Part shown: positions 1-9,593 of the stretch, piece after piece
Numbering within the stretch: position 1 is the first letter of the stretch
How the letters are laid out: every line of letters begins with the position of its first letter
DNA from: Octopus sinensis
Taxonomy: Eukaryota
Reading direction: 5' to 3'
Length of the DNA: 44,864 bases
Assembly (NCBI RefSeq): GCF_006345805.1
Contig: NW_021834670.1
Coordinates: forward strand, 1 to 44,864
The notes under the pieces: generated by a model
Databases searched by the model: none
Seen by the model: only the letters and a program-made list of their open reading frames with translations
What the model was told of the DNA's origin: nothing
Made by a program: the position numbers and the translations under genes

Positions 1-343
1 TTCGCCCGCCCTGTTAACGGTTCTGCCAGCTCGCCGCCAACTTGTGTAAATATTGGTTTAGTGGAACAGAGTATTGGGAAACCGTGAATAAGGTGCAGGT
101 TTCGAGTATTTGTCGGAAAATGTTTTCTTCTTGTCTTCTAATAGTAATAAGCCAAATTTCGAGGTTCTTCTCAGAGCTATCCCACATTCAAAAATTATAC
201 AGGTATTTAAAAAATTTTCATTCTATAAATAATAAATTACGCATTATATTAATAGAATAAACTGTCGGTTTTCCAAATAGCAAATGAAAATTTAAAATAG
301 TAAGTGAGAGGCATTGCAAATGAGAATAGAATACTCTTCAGTC

Positions 344-453
344 AATGCAAAGAATACTTAAATTTGTGATTAATTGGACGCAGGGAATGCAAAGAATATT
401 TTAATTTGTGATTAACTGGACACAGTGAATGCAATGAATATTTAAATTTGCGA
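344..453 (+). repeat. ~2.6 x 42-bp tandem repeat
   Basis: The AATGCAA(A/T)GAATA unit starts at 344, 386 and 428. Confidence 0.8.
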
Positions 454-711
454 GAAATGAGTGTTGAAAAATACTTCAAGAAACTTGAGAAATGGAAGTT
501 ATAGGAAATTTCTTTAAAATATTTCCAGACAGTTAGCCCTTTAATAATTGCGATTTTTTTAGTACTTTAATTATCGTCACATGCCTAATTAATAAGAAGT
601 TTTCTCCATTGTAGTATAGATAGTTCAGATAATCTTCATTTGCTGGCAGTTTTCGCACAATACAGAGACAAGTCCTCAAATATCTACACACACGCACACA
701 TACACACAACT

Positions 712-763
<52 letters not shown>

Positions 764-768
764 CATTC

Positions 769-932
769 TTGTGTCCCTTAATTGAGAATTCAAGTCCGGT
801 GGCTGAAGCCAGGTCGTTCCATGGTGAACTTTTCAAGTTTTTCCGAGAGAACCAGCTTTCAATGGTTGTATTTCGTCCATTAAATATCATAGTTACCACA
901 TCGGTTTGGTTTTTGCTAATCACTAGTTTCAC
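769..932 (-). pseudogene. Orphan exon-3 paralogue (copy C) of the secreted PAN-like/mollusc-domain family
   Basis: Acceptor TTTTGCAG at 933-940. The 164-nt open exon encodes VKLVISKNQTDVVTMIFNGRNTTIESWFSRKNLKSSPWNDLASATGLEFSIKGH and matches gene B exon 3 in length. The homologous donor reads GAATGT instead of GTATGT. The upstream intron (~984-1110) is homologous to 18260-18370. No exon 1/2 was found between 933 and 2250. Confidence 0.8.
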
Positions 933-1382
933 CTGCAAAACAAATGAACATGTAGCACACATAGACACGTACACATGCATACATACACGCACACGTTAGC
1001 ACTCTCATAATGAAGAATAATCGGCTCAAGTTAAAGAGATCGAGATACTTAAAATGTATTTCTTTAGTTGTTAGCCTAATTTCCACTCATTTTTATTACA
1101 TCCTTTCGTCTTTTGGAGCTCGGTAAATTAAGTACCAGTTGTGTACTGAGGTCAATGTAATGAACTGGTACCCTCACAACATAAATTTCAAGCCTAGAAA
1201 AGTATATTGTGATAATTACAGAATGTAGAAAGTAATGTAACACCAACGACTACTTAATCCAACCAAAATATCTCAGATACAAAAACGTAAACGGAATCAC
1301 TATTTAACCTTAAAATACATCGTACGTATTCAAAGAACCTTCTTGGTTTCGTGTTACGGAACGTTTTTCTGGTATTCTTTTA

Positions 1383-1600
1383 TTCTTCTACTTGTTTCAG
1401 TCAATTGAGAGTGGCCATGCTAGAGCACCACCCTTTAGTCGAAGAAATTTACCCTTGGACTTATTCCCTGTAATCCTGGTGTTTATTCTATCAGTCTCTT
1501 CTGCTGAACATCCAAATAACAGAGACACAAACACACCAACATCGGTGTGAAGCAATGTTGGTGGTGGACAAACACACACATAAACACACACACACACACA
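1383..1600 (-). mobile_element. SINE family A, 3' half
   Basis: Matches the GGTGCTCCAGCATGGCC...CTGAAACAAGTA tail and body of full-length copies such as 16668-17085. Confidence 0.8.
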
Positions 1601-2112
1601 CGCACACAGACACACACACATACATACATACAAACATACATACATACATACATACATACATGCATACATACATACATACATGCATGCATACATGCATACC
1701 TACATACCTACATACATACATACATACATACATACATACAGACATACATACATACATGCATGCATACATGCATACATACATATATATGATGAGCTTGGTG
1801 GCAGTGGTGTGTCCGGCTGGGGGGATTTTGTGGTTTGCTGGTATGCCGAGAGATCCAGAGGGTCACACATGCATGCAAGCACATACACAAACACATACCT
1901 AGGGACAGAGACAGACAGACAGACAGACAGACTATCCTAAATTATAATTTACTTCAAATCCGTTTCTCTTTTTTTGCAAGCACCCTTCCTCTCACACGCA
2001 AACGTTCTCCATCTTGTCATTTCAGGATTTTCTCTCTTCCAGGATTTCTCCCTCTTACTCTCTAATATTTCCTCATCTTCAGTAATACCCTCTGACGCAT
2101 TTTCCCCTTACA

Positions 2113-2119
2113 TATAAAA
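2113..2119 (+). promoter_or_regulatory. Possible TATA box for gene A
   Basis: TATAAAA about 135 nt upstream of the ATG, followed by a (CT)n tract. Motif only, with no transcript support. Confidence 0.2.
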
Positions 2120-2251
2120 CTCCCTTCTGTCTCTCTCTCCTATCTCTCTCCTCTCTCTCTCTCTCTCTCTATTTCATGCCATTTCTTTCCCCCTTCTAAC
2201 TCCTTCCGGTGAACAAGAATATCGCAGTTTTCCTTCATTCATCAAGAAGTG

Positions 2252-2552
2252 ATGGAAGTGACGCTGTTAACCCTTACAACAATCCTGGCTGTCACCTCAG
2301 GTCTGGGAATTAAGGAAGCTAACTACAAACGTTTGGAACCTGGTTATTCCTATGATTATATTGAGACACCTCCAACACAACAACAATTCCCCACCGCACG
2401 AAGTCGACTGGAATGTAACGCCATCGCTCTAAACAGCCAATCAGAATTCTTTACTTACAACAGCGTCAGCCGTGTTTGTAAGAATTACTCACCGAAAGAT
2501 ATAATGACAGTCGTCAGCACGAATGACAACAACGAGATTTCCTTCTATAGAT
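2252..2552 (+). CDS. Gene A exon 1: signal peptide + degenerate PAN/Apple-like module
   Basis: ATG at 2252. Hydrophobic N-terminus MEVTLLTLTTILAVTSG, then an ECNAIA...FTYN...VC motif. Donor T|GTAAGT at 2553 (phase 1). Clear paralogue at 21975-22305. Confidence 0.9.
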
Positions 2553-2991
2553 GTAAGTGAAGCATTCTTCTTTTCTTCTTCTTCTTCTTCTTCTTCTTCT
2601 TCTTCTTCTTTCTTCTTCTTTTCTTCTTCTTTTCTTCTTCTTCTTCATCTTCTTCTTATTATTATTATTCTTCTTCTTCTTATTATTTTTATTATTTTTT
2701 ATTATTATTATTATTTTTTTAAATTTTATTATCATTATTATTATTATTATTATTATTTTATTATTATTATTATTATTATTACCATTATCATTATGGCTGC
2801 TGTTGTTGTTGATGTTGTTGTTATTATTATTATTATTATCATTATTATCATTATTATCATCATCATTATTATCATTATTATTATTATTATTGTTGCTGTT
2901 GTTGTTGTTATTATTATTATTATTATTATTATCATTATTATTATTATTATCATTATTATTGTTGTCGTTGTTGTTGTTGTTATTATTATTA

Positions 2992-3024
<33 letters not shown>

Positions 3025-3672
3025 TAGGGTACTCGTTAAGCGATGTGTGGCTTAATGATCTATTTTTCTCTTGTATACCCAAAAGTAAATGAACGTATCA
3101 ATAACCAGTTTTACAAGTGTGTGTGTGCGTTTATGTGTGTGCGTGCATGTGTGTGTGTATGCGTGTATGCGTGTATGCATGTATGTAATCTTTCTGTCGA
3201 ACAACGTAGACTCGAAACGTAAAAGACTTTTTTCTATTCCTGAGCGCTATACTAATATATTTGTTTGTTTCTACTCCACCTGCCTTCGTCTTTTGTTTAT
3301 TTTCGTAAACTTTCCCTTTATGTATGTATTATACAATTTTATTAAATATTTTATACACAGAGGAAAAATCCATGACAAAAATCGAATAATCGATTATAAG
3401 TAATAACCAGCCTCTCCTGTTGATGAAACCTGGATGCTTCTCTTCTCTGGCCAGCAATATCAATATTCGTAACGGACTTTTGATAGTTACAAAACTAAGA
3501 AAATGTATGTTTAAGTAATGACTTCAAATTTATCAAAATAACGGCGTGGTACATTGACGGAGTTTTATCAGTTTGAAATACCACTATATATTCTGCTTCG
3601 TTTCCATTAATATAGTATGGATTCTAATGAGCAAATCTTTATTAAAACATAGAGGTAATAATAAATTTAAAT

Positions 3673-3805
3673 GTTGGGTTGTCCGAAAAGTTCGTGCCGA
3701 TTTTAAAGGAAAGAAAAAGGTCAATAAATACTTGACTTAACATTTTTAATCAACCAAATATGAACCATTTTGTTGCAGAATGCGTCTCCATCTTTCCTTT
3801 CACTT
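3673..3805 (-). mobile_element. Mariner transposon 3' end with TIR
   Basis: TTGGGTTGTCCGAAAAGTTCGTGCCGATT resembles a mariner TIR. The minus strand reads RWRRILQQNGSYLVD*, a typical mariner C-terminus. Confidence 0.65.
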
Positions 3806-3954
3806 GAAAATTCATACATACATACATACATACATACATACATACATACAAACATACATACACATACATACCCACACATACATACCCACACATACATACC
3901 CACACATACATATATACATACATACATACATACATACATGCATACATACATGCA

Positions 3955-3987
<33 letters not shown>

Positions 3988-4148
3988 GCATACGTACATG
4001 CATGCATACAAACATACATACATACATACATATATACATACACACACATACATACATACATACACACATACACACATATATACATACATACACACATACA
4101 TACATACATACATACACACATACATACATACATACACACATACATAAA

Positions 4149-4180
<32 letters not shown>

Positions 4181-4202
4181 CATACATACATACATACATG
4201 CA

Positions 4203-4320
4203 AACAAAAATACCCTGTTGTTGATCTTGAAATTCCAATGAAGGAGCTTGGATGTAGGTTAGAAACTGATTATTTCTCTATGGGAAAGAAATTTTGAAGT
4301 AAACTGAATAATGACATACA
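4203..4320 (+). repeat. Unclassified (CATA)n-associated repeat
   Basis: Similar to 38566-38685 (ATACCCTGTTG...TTGAAATTCCAAT...TAGGTTAGAA...AACTGAATAAT). Both copies follow (CATA)n tracts. Confidence 0.6.
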
Positions 4321-4353
4321 TATGAGACTCTTTGTGTGTGTATGTATGTATGG

Positions 4354-4400
<47 letters not shown>

Positions 4401-4574
4401 AGCGAGCATGAATGCGTGTATGTCTACAGTGATAGATCCGAGTGTTTCATTTATTCACAATTTGATTTATTAATTTCACCGGACTATGAATACCTATAAT
4501 GGTGCCTACGCAGTCGTCCACACCTATCACTGCCCTTATCAGTGGTTACAGGGAAATGATTGCGGAGTCCCTTT

Positions 4575-4968
4575 TTGCCTTATGCTTTTCCTTATCCTTT
4601 TTGTATTTCTTCCTTTGTTTTGCCGTTTTTTTCTCGGCTTTCAATACTCCCTCAGTCCTAACTGCCACTAGCAAGCTTTCCTCGCTTTAGCATATCTGTC
4701 TCATCAAGTTCCCGAGTTCGATACCTACGCAGTCTTGCACACTTATCAGTGCCCTTCCTCCATTTGCCCTCTTCGTGTAGAGACGATCAGTGTCTGCACG
4801 TGGATGATGGCCTCCATGCATCATTAGACGCTTCCTTGTCTTCCTGTCCAACTCTTATCTCTCCTCCTCTGTTCAGTTAAGGATCCCAGCGCCATACCGA
4901 ACTACTGCGGCTGCGCATAAGTTCATGGCCGAAATTATGTTCCAGGTATTCAGATTTGAAGCCAATAC
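4575..4968 (-). mobile_element. R4/Dong-like (RLE-type) LINE fragment, post-RT region
   Basis: Minus strand reads LNTWNIISAMNLCAAAVVRYGAGILN*TEEEIRELDRKTRKRLMMHGGHHPRADTDRLYTKRANGGRALISVQDCV, matching the YGAG..W...DRKTRK...HP..D.DRLY...GGRGL motif. Confidence 0.8.
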
Positions 4969-5012
4969 TATTACTACTGCTGCTGCTATTACTACTACTA
5001 CTACTACTACTG

Positions 5013-5085
<73 letters not shown>

Positions 5086-5221
5086 ACCTGCTCCTACCAC
5101 TACTACTACTACTGCTGCTGTTGCTACTACTACTACTACTACTACTATTACTACTACTACTACTACTACTACTGATATTACTACTACTACTGCTGCTACT
5201 GCTGCTACTGCTGCTACTACA

Positions 5222-5267
<46 letters not shown>

Positions 5268-5282
5268 TGATTATTATTTCAG

Positions 5283-5461
5283 ACAGCCAATGGATTAAAG
5301 CATATGCCATACCAATGAGAGCTGGTTCGAGAGTCTATGAGTCATTCATGAATATAGGAAATACTTCATCCTGGAAAGTGGACAAATGCAATGGTACCTT
5401 CTGTCCTAACTTCTTCCGACATCCCTTCCTTGATTTCTGGGAACATCTTCCAATTGATGAG
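5283..5461 (+). CDS. Gene A exon 2
   Basis: Acceptor TTTCAG|, donor GAG|GTACGT, 179 nt, phase 1 to 0. Encodes (Y)SQWIKAYAIPMRAGSRVYESFMNIGNTSSWKVDKCNGTFCPNFFRHPFLDFWEHLPIDE. About 93% identical to gene B exon 2. Confidence 0.92.
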
Positions 5462-5517
5462 GTACGTAGCCGTATGCATACACATACACTAATATACATA
5501 TAATAATAGTAATAATC

Positions 5518-5782
5518 GTGACGTATATTTGCCATTTAGATATGGCTAACCCCTAAGGGTGGATGCTACTGAAGTTTGTAGCCCCAGGAGGACACCTCCA
5601 GAAACTCGAGTCCGTGTGTATCATAAGTTGAAGACGGGAAGGATGGCTTCCCTTTGCAAATACTGATAGGGCACAGAAAATGTGTCTATAGCCAGCGGAA
5701 GGAGGTGTCCTCCTGGGGCTACAAACTACAGTAGCATCCACCCTTAGGGGTTAGCCATATTTAAATGGCAAATATACGTCAC
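5518..5782. mobile_element. Palindromic MITE-like element, family 1
   Basis: About 82-bp inverted arms (GTGACGTATATTTGCC...GGCAAATATACGTCAC). It is absent from the homologous gene B intron. The insert is flanked by a duplicated TAATAGTAATAAT (5504-5516 and 5827-5839). Confidence 0.8.
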
Positions 5783-6368
5783 ATGTTTTGTAGCTACCGT
5801 TTATAACACGCTCTAAGATTTATTATTAATAGTAATAATGATTAACAGATATTTAGATCAATTCAATTGCTTGTTACATTTTTGACCTACAAAAATTATT
5901 TATGAGGAAGGCGAAACAGTGTTGAATAAAATTCTATCCGCGGAAAACCGCAGTAATAAGAAAAGATTATCACAGACAAAAGAATCTCCTTTTGGGTTTT
6001 TTTTTTATTTGATTTTGATTTTCCAGTTTCAGCTAATGAGCTGTGGCCATGCTGGGGCACCGCCATTTAATGAGTAAATGGGAAACAAAATCGATGAAAT
6101 CAGCTTACCATACATGACTGATTTCAGCAGAAAGTAAAGCACGTGGACCTCGGTGGTACTTGGATTCAAAGCTGAATTACTTTGTCATTCTTCTTGTGAG
6201 ATGGCAAGATTGAGTAACAAACAAAACCTTATGGGAACAGACGAACCAGGGACCTGTCAGAGCCCAGATCAAGAGCAGTCATGGATCATGGCTAGTTCAA
6301 AATATAAATTTATTTCGTCACTGTATTTATTGCGGAGATGTGTCAATTCATGAAATGTTTTACTCTAG

Positions 6369-6427
<59 letters not shown>

Positions 6428-6707
6428 GGGGGGGGTGTAATAGAGCTAAAAACGGATGGATTATTTGGGTATAACGACACACGTTTCCTTTGCAGAAGAT
6501 TGTTATTATAGACACATTACGTCATGCAACATGGAATGGAATAGCTTTGAGATCGTATGTAATATTATGAAATAAGTTTGAATAACATTACCAATTCTGT
6601 AGGTCATACTGTATTAGAGGTTAATTAGCGATGTATGCCACATAGTATCATGGTAATATATGAATTTTTCAAATGAAGGGGTATCAAATATGTTATTTGA
6701 TTCATTT

Positions 6708-7099
6708 AGAGATATTAATCGTCTGGAAGCCGTTTAGCGACGTGCAACCGAGAGAATACCCTCCATCAGGCATTTGCCATATTCTGAACGCCTTACTTCT
6801 CTGGGCATGGACACATTGAAACATTTTTTCACGCTGAGAGTTGCTGAAGCATGGAACAAACTGCCGGCATCGGTTGTTAGTTGTCGGAGCACTGCATCCT
6901 TCAAAACTTCCATGCTTTCTGAGATTCCCCAACACTACACCTGATTTTCTCCCCTCCATACACACGCAAGCACGTATCTGACTCATACACTGTTTGCTTT
7001 CCAGACATTTGTACTTTACTGCATATGCTTTATACGCACTTTCTGACAAGTTGTGGTGCACCTGAGCACTGTATACATTAATTTCATTATTATTATTAT
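6708..7099 (+). mobile_element. CR1-clade LINE 3' fragment
   Basis: Reads RDINRLEAV*RRATERIPSIRHLPYSERLTSLGMDTLK/HFFTLRVAEAWNKLPASVVSCRSTASFK, followed by a 3'UTR and (TTA)n tail. Absent from gene B intron 2. Confidence 0.8.
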
Positions 7100-7398
7100 A
7101 GCAAGATACGGATTAGGTGATTGGCCAATCAAAATCATTAATTTCGCCTGTTATGCTTTACTGTTTACACTGCGTGTGTGTCAGTGTGTCTCAGTGTGTG
7201 CGTGTGCGTGTGTGTGCGTTTGTGTGTGTGTGCCAGTGTGTTTGTGTGTGTGTGTGTGTGTGTTTGTGTATTTGCGTGTGTGTGTGTGTGTGTGTTGTGT
7301 GTGTTTGTGTGTGTGTGTTTGTGTGTGTGTGTGTGAGTGTGTATGTGTGTGTACCCGTGTGTGTATATGTGCGTGCTACATGTTCATATCTTTTGCAG

Positions 7399-7553
7399 GT
7401 AAAACTGGTAATCTATAAAAACGGAACCGATTCGAAAACAATCATATTTGATGGACGAAATACAACACTTAACACCTGGTTCTCTCACGAAAACTTGAAA
7501 AGTTCACCATGGGACGACCTAGCATCCGACCCCAATCCTAAGTACTTAATGAG
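7399..7553 (+). CDS. Gene A exon 3
   Basis: Acceptor TTTTGCAG|, donor AG|GTGAGT, 155 nt, phase 0 to 2. Encodes VKLVIYKNGTDSKTIIFDGRNTTLNTWFSHENLKSSPWDDLASDPNPKYLM. Confidence 0.92.
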
Positions 7554-8065
7554 GTGAGTATAGTATGTCTATATATATTTTATGCTGGGGTTTTATTCCG
7601 TTACGTAGAGACTTATCATGTTACAAAAAAAATTGCCTTTCGTAGGCAACAGATAGAAAGTTTAACCTATACATTTAGATGCTAAACTTTCTGGAGACGA
7701 ACAACATATGCCCAGGTTTTCAACAGTATATCTTCATTTGTTATGATATACAGAATGCTAATTTGAACTAATACTGCTGCCGTCTGTAAAGATGAAATAT
7801 ATCCGGCGTTCCGTCCAGGAGGGGAACCTATACGCCAAGAAACCTTGAAAGCGGCCCTTATGAGCCAGGCATGGCTCGAGAAGGAACAACCAATCGCCGC
7901 TGCAAGAGGCTATAACTCTATTAATGGTACATTTCTGTATTTTCAACACTACACGACCAAATGAAATGCTTTCTCGTTACGAACAGCAGAGTTACCAGAA
8001 TTTCACATTAAGTAGCATATTTTAAAGTGGGAAGCACGAAAATGTATTTTCACCTTAAAATGTAC

Positions 8066-8278
8066 ACTCTTTTATTCTTTTACTCGTTTCAGTCATTTGA
8101 CAGCGGCCATGCTGGAGCAGTTTTAGTCGAGCAAATCGACCCCATGATTTATTCTTTGTAAGCCTAGTACTTATTCTATCAGTCTCTTTGGCCGAACCGC
8201 TATGTTACGGGAAAGTAAACACACCAGATTCGGGGGGACAAACACAGACACACAAACACACATACACACACATACACA

Positions 8279-8309
<31 letters not shown>

Positions 8310-8310
8310 C
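8066..8310 (-). mobile_element. SINE family A, 3' half
   Basis: Tail and body match the family. Inverted relative to 8416-8770. Confidence 0.8.
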
Positions 8311-8311
8311 A

Positions 8312-8362
<51 letters not shown>

Positions 8363-8415
8363 TTAATCTAAACATAAAAGCACAAAAAAACACAACAACG
8401 CGACATATATTTACT

Positions 8416-8500
8416 TGGGCAAGTGTTTTCTACTATAGCCTCGAGCTCACCAAAGCCTTGTGAGTGGATTTGGTAGATGGAAACTGAAAGCAGCCCGTCG

Positions 8501-8552
<52 letters not shown>

Positions 8553-8770
8553 TCTGTATGTTTGTCTGTGTTTTTCCCTCCAACATCGCTTGACAAAAGA
8601 TGCTGGTGTGTTTACGTCCCCGTAACTTAGCGGTTCTGCAAAAGAGACCGATAGAATAAGTACTAGGCTTACAAAGAATAAGTTCTGGGGTCGATTTGCT
8701 CGACTAAAGGCGGTGCTCCAGCATGGCCGCAGTCAAAATAACTGAAACAAGTAAAAGAGTAAAGGAGTAA
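8416..8770 (+). mobile_element. SINE family A, 5'-truncated
   Basis: Runs from TTGGGCAAGTGTTTTCT through the GTAAAAGAGTAAAGG tail. Confidence 0.85.
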
Positions 8771-8822
8771 ACGTTTAGGCTTTCATATTCTGAAACCCAT
8801 CCAACTTTTATTAACTCCACAG

Positions 8823-8983
8823 AAACGATCGTCCCTTCGGTATATCAAAAGGGGCTAAGTGTACAAAGATGAGTGGCTGGTTCATTATTGATCCCCGTCC
8901 GACAAATTGTGGGTTTGCTTACAAAGATCATTCTCCTTCAGTCCGTTATTCTGATAAAAACTCGAAAGTTGTTTGGAGAAACG
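8823..8983 (+). CDS. Gene A exon 4 (not in ORF track)
   Basis: Acceptor CTCCACAG|, donor G|GTGAGT, 161 nt, phase 2 to 1. Encodes (R)[53 protein letters not shown]. Same length and phases as gene B exon 4. Confidence 0.9.
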
Positions 8984-9004
8984 GTGAGTGATATTTTTAT
9001 AATT

Positions 9005-9054
<50 letters not shown>

Positions 9055-9064
<10 letters not shown>

Positions 9065-9290
9065 CGTATGTGTGTGTGTGGGCGTGTGCACGAGTGTGTG
9101 TGTGTGTATGCGTATGTGTGTGTGTGGGCGTGTGCACGAGTGTGTGTGTGTGTGCGTATGTGTGTGTGTGGGCGTGTGCACGAGTGTGTGTGTGTATGCG
9201 TATGTGTGTGTGTGGGCGTGTGCACGACTGTGTGTGTGTGTGCGTATGTGTGTGTGTGGGCGTGTGCACGAGTGTGTGTGTGTGTGTGTG
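9055..9290 (+). repeat. (TG)n-based minisatellite in gene A intron 4
   Basis: Five recurrences of GGGCGTGTGCACGA embedded in (TG)n. Confidence 0.8.
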
Positions 9291-9512
9291 CGCGCGTGTA
9301 TATGTGTGTGTATGTGCGTATTTATGTGTGTGAGCCTTGATTCAACTTATTTATTATTAAGAGCATCCCAACCATGACCCTCCTGTATGTTTCCCACTCA
9401 ACGATGTAAAGATTCGGCTGCTATTTCTAGTAATTCCAGTGAACGCGCATGAAGACCTTCCACGATTTATTTCCATTCCTTTGGTTATTGATGTTGTTAT
9501 TGTTACTTCCAG

Positions 9513-9562
9513 GCTATACATTAGCAGACTCCATGGCCGTATTCATCCGCCTGAGGCAGTAG
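9513..9562 (+). CDS. Gene A exon 5 (terminal coding exon)
   Basis: Acceptor CTTCCAG|. Encodes (G)YTLADSMAVFIRLRQ with TAG at 9560-9562. The joined CDS is 846 nt (281 aa) with no internal stop. Confidence 0.9.
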
Positions 9563-9593
9563 AATTTATCCAGCACATGATACTATAGTTGTT

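Noticed and set aside
1110-6400. Actively invertible (shufflon-like) exon 1-2 cassette
   Set aside because: I found no flanking inverted repeats, and gene A intron 2 remains collinear with gene B's through to exon 3. Kept only as a minor alternative in the orphan-exon finding.
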